Source of the DNA: Xanthobacteraceae bacterium
Lineage (GTDB): Bacteria; Pseudomonadota; Alphaproteobacteria; Rhizobiales; Xanthobacteraceae
Reading direction: 5' to 3'
Length of the DNA: 64,000 nucleotides
Assembly: GCA_036406655.1 (NCBI GenBank)
Contig: DASXAP010000165.1
Span: 1,365-65,364 of the forward strand
The number at the start of each line of letters is the position of its first letter. Positions within the stretch are counted from its first letter, which is position 1. A model generated the notes under the pieces. The model did no database searches and was not told where the DNA came from. It saw nothing but the letters and a program-made list of their open reading frames with translations. The position numbers and the translations under genes were made by a program. Shown here piece after piece: positions 52,000 through 60,861 of the stretch.

Positions 52000-52971
52000 T
52001 CATTCGGCGGTTGCGCCGGAGAGCTTCACGAGCTGCGCCCATTTCACGAGCTCGCCGGCGATGAATTCGCGAAACTCGCGCGTGCTGCCCGGCTTGGCGA
52101 TGGCGCTGAACCGCGCGAGGCTCGCCTGCATCTCCGCCGAGTGCAGACCGGCATTGATCGCGCCGTTGAGCGTATCGAGTATGCCGGCGGGCGTGCCGGC
52201 CGGCGCGACCACGCCGGTCCAGGCATCATGGGTGAAATCGGGAAACCCGCTTTCGACGAGCGTCGGGACGTCCGGCAAGGCCGGCCATCGCTCGCCGCGC
52301 GCAATCGCCAAGGGCCGCAGCTTTCCATCCTTGATCAGTGGATAGAGGCCGACCAGCCCGTCGATGGTGAAGTGCGTCTGCCCGGCGAGTAGATCGGTGA
52401 TCGATGCCGCCGACCCCTTGTAGGGAACATAGGTGACGTCGATGTCGGCCTTGGCCTTGAGGAGCGTGCTCAGGAGGTGCGGCGGCGTCCCCAGACCGGC
52501 ACCGTAGTTGAGCCGGCCGGGATTGGCCTTGGCATAGGCCACGAACTCGGCGACCGTGGTCACCGGCAGCGAAGGCGCCACCACGAAGACGTGCGGCAAC
52601 AGTGACACCGAGGCGACCGGCGCGAACAGCCTGAGCGGCTCGATGTCGAGCTTGGGGTAGAGGGCCGGCGCCACCGCAAGCGAGCCGGACGAGCCGAACA
52701 GCAGGGTATGGCCGTCGGGCTCGGCGGCTGCGGCAGCCTTGACCCCCAGCGTCGAGCCGGCACCGGGCCTGTTCTCCACCACCACCTCGTGCTGCAGCCT
52801 GCCCGCGAGGTCGTGGGCGACCAGCCGCGCCATGGTGTCGATCGGGCCACCCGGCGGAAACGGCACGATCATCTTCACGACGCGGGCGGGATAGTCCTCC
52901 GCCGCGGCCGGCCCGCCGGCCGTGAGGCAAGTCGCAACCATCGCTGCAAGCACGATCCGGCGGGTGTTCAT
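52000..52971 (-). CDS. TTT substrate-binding protein, Bug/TctC family (second paralogue)
   Basis: MNTRRIVLAAMVATCLTAGGPAAAEDYPARVVKMIVPFPPGGPIDTMARL. ATG 52971 is preceded by AAAGGAGC. The upstream 101 codons of the ORF were rejected. Confidence 0.85.
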   Translation of the reverse strand: MNTRRIVLAAMVATCLTAGGPAAAEDYPARVVKMIVPFPPGGPIDTMARLVAHDLAGRLQHEVVVENRPGAGSTLGVKAAAAAEPDGHTLLFGSSGSLAVAPALYPKLDIEPLRLFAPVASVSLLPHVFVVAPSLPVTTVAEFVAYAKANPGRLNYGAGLGTPPHLLSTLLKAKADIDVTYVPYKGSAASITDLLAGQTHFTIDGLVGLYPLIKDGKLRPLAIARGERWPALPDVPTLVESGFPDFTHDAWTGVVAPAGTPAGILDTLNGAINAGLHSAEMQASLARFSAIAKPGSTREFREFIAGELVKWAQLVKLSGATAE

Positions 52972-53125
52972 CGCCGAAGCTCCTTTATTGACGACGAGCA
53001 GCGCTCGAGCCTCCTTCGCCATGGTACCAAGCTCGAGCCATGACCGCGAGATGCTGCCGGCCCTTGCCACGCCGGCCCGGTTGGACGCAGATGCTACGCG
53101 TGCTCGAGAACGGGAGGAGGCAAGC

Positions 53126-54160
53126 ATGGGTATGAGGCTCGATGGAATTCGCTCGTGGGCGGTCTGGATCGCAGGGGTGGCTGCGATCTCGATGATTGCC
53201 ATCGCCGGCAGCCCGGGCGCGGCGGAGGAGAAGACATATCGAATGAAAATCACCTTTCCGACGCTGAACGACACGCTGCACCAGTATGCAAAGAACTACG
53301 CGGCGGTGCTCGAGCGGGAGTCGGGCGGGCGGATCAAGCCCGAGCTCTATCCGGCGAGCCAGCTGGGACCGATTCCGCGGCAGATCGAAGCGGTGCAATT
53401 CGGAGCAGCCCAGTGCGCGATCATCCCGCCCGAATTCTATTCCGGGATCGACGAGCGCTTCGAGGTCATGGCGGCGCCGGGCCTGGTCACATCCATGGAG
53501 CACGGGCAGCGCCTCGCCGCCGACCCCGAGGTGCTCAAGCTGATGCTCGGCCTCGGCGCCAACAAGGGGCTGCACGGCGCCGCCCTGTGGATGGCGATAC
53601 CCAACTCGCTCATCGCCAAGCGCCCGGTCCGCCGCCTCGCCGACCTCAAGGGCAGGAAGATCCGCATCTTCACCTCGGATTTCCAGTCGCAGGCGCTCGA
53701 GCGGCTCGGCGCCAGTCCGGTGGCGATGACGTTGGGCGACGTGCTGCCGGCGATCCACCAGGGCACGATCGACGGCGCCATCGCCGGGCTGACGGTTTTC
53801 ACGACGATGAAATACCAGGACGCCGCCAAATACGTGACCGAGATCGGCCAGCCGGCGATCTTCATCATCACCGAGATCAGCAAGAAATGGCACGATTCGC
53901 TGCCGCCCGATCTGCAGCGGATGATCGACACCCACGCGGCAAGCGAGGCGAAGGCGATCAATTCATTCGCGATCGACTTCAACAACAACGCGCGCAAGGT
54001 CTGGACCGATGCGGGCGGCGAGCTGATCGCGCTGCCGGCGGAAGAGCAGGCCGCGATGATCAGCACCATCAAGAGCGTCGGCGACGACGTCTCGAAGAAA
54101 CGGCCCGCGCTTGCCGCCGCCTACGGGATCGTGGCCGAGGCTGCGAAACGAACGCAATAG
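53126..54160 (+). CDS. TRAP transporter substrate-binding protein, DctP family (no adjacent DctQ/DctM)
   Basis: Signal peptide, then KTYRMKITFPTLNDTLHQYAKNYAAVLERESGGRIKPELYPASQLGPIPRQIEAVQFG, which is DctP-family architecture. ATG 53126 lies after GGGAGGAGG. Confidence 0.8.
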   Translation: MGMRLDGIRSWAVWIAGVAAISMIAIAGSPGAAEEKTYRMKITFPTLNDTLHQYAKNYAAVLERESGGRIKPELYPASQLGPIPRQIEAVQFGAAQCAIIPPEFYSGIDERFEVMAAPGLVTSMEHGQRLAADPEVLKLMLGLGANKGLHGAALWMAIPNSLIAKRPVRRLADLKGRKIRIFTSDFQSQALERLGASPVAMTLGDVLPAIHQGTIDGAIAGLTVFTTMKYQDAAKYVTEIGQPAIFIITEISKKWHDSLPPDLQRMIDTHAASEAKAINSFAIDFNNNARKVWTDAGGELIALPAEEQAAMISTIKSVGDDVSKKRPALAAAYGIVAEAAKRTQ

Positions 54161-54166
54161 CTATTC

Positions 54167-55654
54167 ATGCGTACGCGCATCAACTGCGGCTGGCTCGTGG
54201 GTCATGCCGACGGGCGGCACACGCTCTGGCGCGATGCCCAGCTGGTCTACGAAGGCAATGTCGTGCTGTTCGTCGGCGAGCGCTTCGACGGCAGCATCGA
54301 CCGTGAGATCGACGCGCGCGACCGGCTGGTCGGTCCGGGATTCATCGACACCCACGTGCATTCCGGCCATCGCGCTTCGCATCGGCTCATCTCCGACATC
54401 GGTCGGGGAGATTATTTCGGGCAGCCCTTCCTGGAGATAAGCGTCGCACGCGCGGGCACGCGCGTCGGCGGCGACCCCCGTTATGCCCGCCCCGACGACC
54501 GCTCGATCGCCGAAGAGCTGCTCTTCAACGCCCGCTACACGGTGGCGGAGCTCCTGCGCAACGGCATCACCACCTTCGTCGAGTTCGGGAGCCAATTGCG
54601 GGTGCAGGAGGCGCTGCTGCAGGTCACGGGCGAGCTCGGGATCCGTGCCTATCTCGGTCCGGGCTTCGACAGCGGCCGCTGGATCGGCGGCGAGGGCGGC
54701 AGGCTGGTCCGGGTCGTGGACGAGGCCGCCGGCGAGCGCGAATTCGCGCTTGCGCTCGACTTCATCGACCGCCGCCAGGGCGCCCACGGCGACCGCGTCC
54801 GCGGCATCCTGGTGCCGCGCGAGATCGAGACCTGCACCGTCGCTCTGCTGCGCAGGGCGGCCGCGGCGGCAGGCGATCGCGACCTACCGGTTGCCATCCA
54901 TGCCGCCTACAACATCCACGAGGTGTTCGACATCATCCGGGAGCACCAGATGACGTCGGTCGAGCTGCTGCGCGAGGTCGGGCTGATGTCGAGCAAGCTC
55001 AATATCGGCCACGGCAACTTCACCTGCGACAACCCGCTGATGAACTACTCCGGCTCGCACGATCTGGAGATCATGGGCGAGCATCGCTGCTCGATCTCGC
55101 ACTGCCCGGTCAACATCGCGCGCCGCGCGCGCTTCCTCGACAGCTGGGAGGCCTATCGCAGGGCGGGCGTGAACATCGCGCTCGGCACCGACACCTATCC
55201 GCGCGACATGATCCTGCAGATGCGCAATGCCTCCTATTTCGGCAAGGTGGCGAGCCGCAACCTCAAGGCCGCGACCGCCGCGGAGGTGTTCGAGGCTGCC
55301 ACTCTCGGCGGCGCGCACACGGTCGGCCGCGACGACATCGGCAGGCTCGCTCCCGGCGCCAAGGCCGACATCGTCATCATCGACCTTACCGGCCGGGACA
55401 CGCTTCGCTTCGGGCCGGTGCGGGATCCGATCAGGAGCCTGGTCGATTGCGGAATTGGCGACGATGTCGAGACCGTCATCGTCGACGGGGTGGTGCGGAT
55501 GCAGGACCGCCGCATCCCCGGCATCGATCTCGCCGGGCTGCGGGCGCAGGCGCAGGCCGCCGGCGAACGGATCTGGAGCGGCTGGCAGAGCTGGGATCCG
55601 CACTGCCGGACGGCGGACGAGATCAGCCCCTATTCGTTCGCCCGCGCCAACTGA
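54167..55654 (+). CDS. Amidohydrolase-superfamily protein (chlorohydrolase / aminohydrolase-like metal-dependent deaminase)
   Basis: GPGFIDTHVHSGH is the HxH metal motif after beta-strand 1, with later ..AIHAAY.., ..ISHCP.. and ..ALGTDT.. motifs consistent with the TIM-barrel amidohydrolase ligand set. Confidence 0.85.
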   Translation: MRTRINCGWLVGHADGRHTLWRDAQLVYEGNVVLFVGERFDGSIDREIDARDRLVGPGFIDTHVHSGHRASHRLISDIGRGDYFGQPFLEISVARAGTRVGGDPRYARPDDRSIAEELLFNARYTVAELLRNGITTFVEFGSQLRVQEALLQVTGELGIRAYLGPGFDSGRWIGGEGGRLVRVVDEAAGEREFALALDFIDRRQGAHGDRVRGILVPREIETCTVALLRRAAAAAGDRDLPVAIHAAYNIHEVFDIIREHQMTSVELLREVGLMSSKLNIGHGNFTCDNPLMNYSGSHDLEIMGEHRCSISHCPVNIARRARFLDSWEAYRRAGVNIALGTDTYPRDMILQMRNASYFGKVASRNLKAATAAEVFEAATLGGAHTVGRDDIGRLAPGAKADIVIIDLTGRDTLRFGPVRDPIRSLVDCGIGDDVETVIVDGVVRMQDRRIPGIDLAGLRAQAQAAGERIWSGWQSWDPHCRTADEISPYSFARAN

Positions 55655-55687
55655 GCGGCGAGGCTCGCGCGGCGAGCCTCGGCGCGA

Positions 55688-56659
55688 TCATTTCTTCGCC
55701 GCGATCTCCCCGATCAACGGCTTCCACTGGGCGATCTCCTCTTGGATCTGCGCCCGGTACTCCTCGGGCGTGGTCTTGACCGTGTCGGCGCCGGCCCGGC
55801 GCATGGCCTCCTTCACCTCCGGGTCGTCAGCCATATTGATCAGGATTTCCGACAGCCTGCGGACGATCGGCTCCGGCGTGGCGGAGGGGGCCATGATGCC
55901 GTTCCACGTCTCGACGACAAAACCGGGAAGAACCGCCTCCTGCACCGTGGGAAGCTCGGGCAGGTAGGGGCTCCGCTTGTGCGAGGTCACGGCCAGGCCG
56001 CGCACGGTCCCGGCTCTGACCTGGGGGAGGCCGTCAGTCATGTTGGCGAAGGAGAAATCGACCTCCCCGGCGATCACCGCGGTGGTCGACGGCGCCCCGC
56101 CCTTGAACGGGATGTGCACCACCTTGATGCCGGTGCGCGCCTGGAACAGCTCGACCGAGTAGTGGGTGAGCCCGCCGGCGCCGCTCGAGCCGTAATTGAG
56201 CTTGCCCGGATTGGCCCTGGCATGGGCGACGAGGTCGGCCAGCGTGCTCACCGGCAGGTCCTTACGCACGATGACGACCTGCGCGATCGAGCTGACGATG
56301 CCGACGGGGGCGAGATCCCGCACCGGATCGTAGCCGACCTTCTGGCTGGGGTCGAAGGGGGCGATCGAGATGGCGCCGATGCTGCAGACGCAGAACATGT
56401 AGCCGTCGGGCGGCGCATTCACGACCACCTGGGTGCCGACGATGCCGCCCGCGCCCACGCGATGATCGACGATGACGGGCTTGCCGAGGGCTTTCTCGGC
56501 GTAGGCCGCGGTCAACCGGGCGACCAGATCGGTGTATCCGCCCGCCCCGTAGGGCACGAGCAGGGTGATCGGCCGAGCCGGCCATGGCTCCTGCGCCCGC
56601 AGCATGCCGGGCGCGAGCGCGACCGCGAAAGTGAGGGCCAGTGCTGCACGAGCTTGCAT
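55688..56659 (-). CDS. tctC: TTT substrate-binding protein, Bug/TctC family (third paralogue), co-oriented with the TctA-like permease
   Basis: MQARAALALTFAVALAPGMLRAQEPWPARPITLLVPYGAGGYTDLVARL. GGGGAGA lies upstream of ATG 56659. It starts 30 nt after the permease stop. Confidence 0.85.
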   Translation of the reverse strand: MQARAALALTFAVALAPGMLRAQEPWPARPITLLVPYGAGGYTDLVARLTAAYAEKALGKPVIVDHRVGAGGIVGTQVVVNAPPDGYMFCVCSIGAISIAPFDPSQKVGYDPVRDLAPVGIVSSIAQVVIVRKDLPVSTLADLVAHARANPGKLNYGSSGAGGLTHYSVELFQARTGIKVVHIPFKGGAPSTTAVIAGEVDFSFANMTDGLPQVRAGTVRGLAVTSHKRSPYLPELPTVQEAVLPGFVVETWNGIMAPSATPEPIVRRLSEILINMADDPEVKEAMRRAGADTVKTTPEEYRAQIQEEIAQWKPLIGEIAAKK

Positions 56660-56689
56660 CGCATTCTCCCCTGGTTGAAAGCAGCTAGA

Positions 56690-58756
56690 CTACACGCTCG
56701 GGATCACCTTCAGCGCCGGGAACCAGGTGCCGAGCACGGTCGACGGCCAGGGGATGCTGAGCAGCTGATCGAAAACCCCGTAGATCAGCGCCGTCATGAC
56801 CGCCGCCATCAGCACCGCGTGGCGCCACCTTTCCGGTCCCTCGAGCCGCATATAGGCGATGACGAAGATCGGCACCGTCGGAATGAGCCCCACCAGCGCC
56901 ATCGAGCCGAGGAAGGCGACCATCCAGCCGAAGAAGACGAAGCCGCGGATCAGGATCACGTAGCCGGGCAGGTGCCCGGTCTTGGACGCGATGTCCATGT
57001 GGATCTTCTGCGAGACGGCGGCTCGCGCCTCCTCGGCGAGCCCGTCCCCGCCCGCTGCGTGCCGCACGCCGAGCACGTCGTTGGCGAGGCTGAGCGAGCA
57101 GGCGATGATCGCACCGATGCCGACGATGGTCGGGACGATCTTGGCCTCTAACGGCCAGGGGAGCGACATCCACAGCATCACCACGAGCAGCGCCAGCAGC
57201 GCAGCCGGAAACAGGTTGTCGGTGGACAGGCGCGGACGGCCGAAGCTCGACAGCATCGCCCTTATTCCATGGTGCGCGCGAATGTCCTGCAGGAGCGGCC
57301 GCAACAGGCTGAGCGCCGACATCGCCAGCATGACCACGACGACCGGGCGCAGCATCCAGGCGAGGCCGTAACGCTCGATCGAGATGAACAGGTAGCGCTC
57401 GAGGATGCTCCCGAGGATGAAGCCGAGCACCAGGGGCGGACGCGGCCAGCGGAAATGCTTCATCGCCCAGCCGAGCACGCCGAAGAACAGCAACGAGAAG
57501 AGATCTCCCCAGTTGCGCGAGTGCTCGAAGGCGCCGATGTAGATGAGGCTGAGCACGCACGGCATGATCAGCGTGTAACGCAGCGTGGCGAGCTTCGCGA
57601 GCTGGCCGCTGAACATGAAGCACAGGCCGGAGCCGACGATGTTGGCGATGGCGATGCTCCACACCATCGAATAGGTGATGTCGAGGTGCTTGGTGAGCAT
57701 GTCGGGGCCGGGCACCAGGCCCTGAATGAGGAAGGCACCGAGCAGGATCGCCATGCCGGCGCTGCTCGGCACTCCGAAGGCGACGGTCGGCACCAGGTGC
57801 CCGCCCTCGCGCGCATTGGTCGAGCTCTCGGCGGCAATGACGCCGCGCACGTCGCCCTTGCCGAAGGTATCGGCGGCTCCCTTCTCGGTGCGCAGCGCAT
57901 GGCCGTAGGCGATCCAGTCGATGACCGCCACCCCGATCCCGGGTATCGCGCCGATCGCCGCGCCGATCCACGAGCAGCGCAGGATCAGGAACCAGTGCGT
58001 GAGGCAGTCCTTGATGCCGAGCAGCATGCCGGTCTTGGTGTCGATGCTCTTGCCTTCCTGGACCACCGCCATCCGGCCGATCGCGAGATCGCAGAGCTCC
58101 GGCAGCGCGAAAATGCCGAGCGTCACCGGCACGATCGGCAGGCCCTCCCAGAGATAAAGGCTGTCCAGGGTCCAGCGCAGCGTCCCCGACTGCGGGTCGG
58201 TTCCGATCATCGCCAGCATCATGCCGAAGCAGGCCGCTGCGAGGCCGCGCAGCGGCGCATTGCCCGACAGCGAGGACACCATCGAGATGCCGAACACGGC
58301 GATCGCCAGCAGCTCGGGCGAGCCCATGAACAGGATGATCGGACGCAGCAGCGGCAGCGACACGCCCATCAGCGCGGCGCCGAACAGGCCGCCGATCAGC
58401 GCCGACATGTAGGATGCCCCGAGGGCGCGGCCGGCTTCGCCCCGCCGGGTCATCGGATAGCCGTCGAGGGTGGTGGCGGCCGAAGCGGCATGCCCGGGCG
58501 CACCGAACAGGATGGCCGAGATCGGATCGGCGGTCGTCGTGGTCGAGCCCATGCCCAGCAGCAACGCGAACGCGGCGGGCGCATCGAGGTTGTAGGTGAA
58601 CGGCAGCAGCAGTGCGAGGCCGGCGATGCCGCCGATGCCCGGCAGGATGCCCAGCGCGAGGCCCATGCACACGCCGGCGACCAGATACAGCATGCGGACC
58701 GGGTCGAGGATGATCAGCAGCGCGCTCGCCGCGGAATGGAGCATGTCCGCTTCCAT
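56690..58756 (-). CDS. tctA: TTT large permease TctA fused to a C-terminal TctB-like four-TM module
   Basis: The first about 500 aa match the TctA pattern (LGILPGIGG..., ..IGAIPGIGVAV.DW.AYG...). An extra about 180 aa contains four further hydrophobic helices of TctB-like size. There is no separate tctB ORF nearby. ATG 58756 (TTG 58759 in the track). Confidence 0.8.
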   Translation of the reverse strand: MEADMLHSAASALLIILDPVRMLYLVAGVCMGLALGILPGIGGIAGLALLLPFTYNLDAPAAFALLLGMGSTTTTADPISAILFGAPGHAASAATTLDGYPMTRRGEAGRALGASYMSALIGGLFGAALMGVSLPLLRPIILFMGSPELLAIAVFGISMVSSLSGNAPLRGLAAACFGMMLAMIGTDPQSGTLRWTLDSLYLWEGLPIVPVTLGIFALPELCDLAIGRMAVVQEGKSIDTKTGMLLGIKDCLTHWFLILRCSWIGAAIGAIPGIGVAVIDWIAYGHALRTEKGAADTFGKGDVRGVIAAESSTNAREGGHLVPTVAFGVPSSAGMAILLGAFLIQGLVPGPDMLTKHLDITYSMVWSIAIANIVGSGLCFMFSGQLAKLATLRYTLIMPCVLSLIYIGAFEHSRNWGDLFSLLFFGVLGWAMKHFRWPRPPLVLGFILGSILERYLFISIERYGLAWMLRPVVVVMLAMSALSLLRPLLQDIRAHHGIRAMLSSFGRPRLSTDNLFPAALLALLVVMLWMSLPWPLEAKIVPTIVGIGAIIACSLSLANDVLGVRHAAGGDGLAEEARAAVSQKIHMDIASKTGHLPGYVILIRGFVFFGWMVAFLGSMALVGLIPTVPIFVIAYMRLEGPERWRHAVLMAAVMTALIYGVFDQLLSIPWPSTVLGTWFPALKVIPSV

Positions 58757-59043
58757 CAACCTTCCTCAAGTCCTCGCCACGGCGTGCGATCATCGTCGGT
58801 GGAGGAGCTGCGAGGATCAGCGCAACGATTGCGGCAGCCGGCGGGCACCGCGACGATAGAACCACGTTATCGCCCGTGAGGCGATCCCTGCGCCCGCGGC
58901 TGACCGCGCCGACCGGGCATCCGGACGTGGAGAGCCACCGGCGCGCATCTCGGTCGCAGTCCCGCCGGCAAAAAATGCATTCGCGAGCAAGCTTGCCGTG
59001 ATCGCAACGGCGACGTACTCCTTGGGAAAAGGACGCGGGACGC

Positions 59044-59598
59044 ATGATCGCCAATTCGAAGACGCGGTGGGGCTGGCCGGCGAAGACGCTGCATTGGGTC
59101 GCCGCGGCGGCGATCCTGCTGCTGCTCGGGCACGGCTGGTGGATGACGCACATGACTCCGCGGCCGGATCGGCTCGCCAACTATGCCTGGCACTCGGCGC
59201 TCGGCTACGATCTCTTGTTCCTGCTCGTGTTGCGGCTGCTGTGGCGCTGGCTCAATCCGGTGCCCGAGCTGCCAAGCGACCTCAAGACCTGGGAACGGCT
59301 CGCGGCGCATGCCGGACATTTCTTGCTCTACCTTTTCATGTTCGTCGTCTCGGTGACCGGCTGGCTCGTGGCCACCACCTTCCGCCAGCCGATGACAAAG
59401 GACCTGCTCGGGATCGACGTGCCGCCGCTGGTCACGGCAGTGGAGCGCGGCATGCGCCAGTGGATCGAGGAGTCGCACAAGGTCCTCGCCTACCTGCTCG
59501 CCGCACTTGTGGTCATTCACATCGTCGGCGCGCTGCGGCATTATTTCTTCAAGGACAACGATGTTCTGCAGCGCATGACCTGGGGCGCCCAGGCGTGA
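59044..59598 (+). CDS. Cytochrome b561 family protein (CybB-like)
   Basis: 184 aa, 4 TM, with TLHWVAAAAILLL...H.ALGY...H..L.Y......H....LRH, a His ligand spacing typical of bacterial cytochrome b561. Confidence 0.85.
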   Translation: MIANSKTRWGWPAKTLHWVAAAAILLLLGHGWWMTHMTPRPDRLANYAWHSALGYDLLFLLVLRLLWRWLNPVPELPSDLKTWERLAAHAGHFLLYLFMFVVSVTGWLVATTFRQPMTKDLLGIDVPPLVTAVERGMRQWIEESHKVLAYLLAALVVIHIVGALRHYFFKDNDVLQRMTWGAQA

Positions 59599-59726
59599 GG
59601 CAGGCCCGGCCTTGGTGCGCGCAGCCCGGATCGAGCGGCACCCGGGTTCATCGTTCGGCACCGCGAGGCGCGCCGGATATCAATGCCGCAGCTACGGGCG
59701 ATAACGGCACAGAAGCTTCCGCCCTC

Positions 59727-59793
59727 ATGGCCGGCCTCGTGCCGGCCATCCCGATTCTGAATCGGGATGGCCGGGGCAAGCCCGGCGATGACA
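59727..59793. repeat. Intergenic ATGGCCGG-family repeat with two interlocked hairpins
   Basis: Hairpin 1: ATGGCCGGC (59727-35) / GCCGGCCAT (59741-49). Hairpin 2: GGCCATCCCGAT (59744-55) / ATCGGGATGGCC (59761-72), perfect 12 bp. The tail GGGGCAAGCCCGGCGATGACA parallels the copy at 62.9-63.0 kb. Confidence 0.55.
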
Positions 59794-59820
59794 ACCGAAC
59801 GCAGCAATTCGGAGGAGACG

Positions 59821-60837
59821 ATGATGTTCCCGGTGCGTAGAATCATGGGGTCGTTGCTTGGGCTCGCTGGCGTTCTGGCCGCGTTGTCGGGCAGCTCATC
59901 GGAGCTGCGGGCACAGACGCCGCAATCGATCTCGGTGATCGTGTTTCCGGGCGGCTTCAACTGGCCGATCTGGGTCGCCCAGCAGAAGGGCTATTTCGCG
60001 CAGAGCGGGATCGACGTTCAGCTGACGAACACCCCGAACTCGGTGTTTCAGCTCACCGGGCTGATCGAAGGCCGGTTCGATATCGCGCTGACTGCGATCG
60101 ACAATGTGGTCGCCTACATGGAGGGCCAGGGCGAAGCCAAGGTGACCCGGCAGCCCGACATATTCGCATTCATGGGAGGCGACAACGGATTCCTCAGCCT
60201 GGTCACTGTTCCCGAGGTGAAGACCTACGCCGACCTCAAGGGACGGACCCTCTCGGTCGACGCGCTGACGACGGGCTATGCCTTCGTCCTCCTCGACCTC
60301 CTGGAGCGCGCCGGATTGAAGAAAGGCGACTTCGAGGTGGTCAAGGCCGGCGGCGTGCTGCAGCGCTGGGACGAGCTCAAGCAGAAGAAGCAGGTCGGAA
60401 CGATGCTGATCACGCCGTTCGACATCATTGCCCAGTCGGCCGGCTTCAACGTGCTGCAGCGGGCAATCGACGTCTACGGGCACTATCAGGGCCTCGTCGG
60501 CGCAACGCGCCGGGACTGGGCGCAGAGCAATCCCAAGGCGCTCGAGGGCTTCATCCGCGCCTACGTGCAGGCCGTCGATTGGCTCGGAAAGACGGGCAAC
60601 AAGGACGAGGCGATTGCGATCCTTCGTGGGCACCTGCAGCAGATGTCGCCCGAGCTCGCCGCGAAGACCTACGCTGCGCTCGCACCTCCGCAGGGCTTCA
60701 CGCCGAAGGCCAGGATCGACCTCGAGGGAGTGAGGAAGGTCCTCGAGCTGCGGAGCCGCTACGGCGAGCCGAGGAAGACGCTCACGGACCCGCTGAAATA
60801 CTACGACGACAAGTACTTTCAGATGGCCACGAGGTGA
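59821..60837 (+). CDS. ABC transporter substrate-binding protein, NMT1/THI5-like (NitT/TauT family)
   Basis: MMFPVRRIMGSLLGLAGVLAALSG signal, then ISVIVFPGGFNWPIWVAQQKGYFAQSGIDVQL. ATG 59821 lies after GGAGGAG. The upstream part of ORF 59767.. lies within the repeat element. Confidence 0.8.
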   Translation: MMFPVRRIMGSLLGLAGVLAALSGSSSELRAQTPQSISVIVFPGGFNWPIWVAQQKGYFAQSGIDVQLTNTPNSVFQLTGLIEGRFDIALTAIDNVVAYMEGQGEAKVTRQPDIFAFMGGDNGFLSLVTVPEVKTYADLKGRTLSVDALTTGYAFVLLDLLERAGLKKGDFEVVKAGGVLQRWDELKQKKQVGTMLITPFDIIAQSAGFNVLQRAIDVYGHYQGLVGATRRDWAQSNPKALEGFIRAYVQAVDWLGKTGNKDEAIAILRGHLQQMSPELAAKTYAALAPPQGFTPKARIDLEGVRKVLELRSRYGEPRKTLTDPLKYYDDKYFQMATR

Positions 60838-60861
60838 TCGTTCCTTCCGCAGGGTGCGCGC

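Noticed and set aside
58867-59661. 264-aa minus-strand ORF
   Set aside because: Antisense to the cytochrome b561 gene, which has a clear 4-TM/His-ligand pattern.
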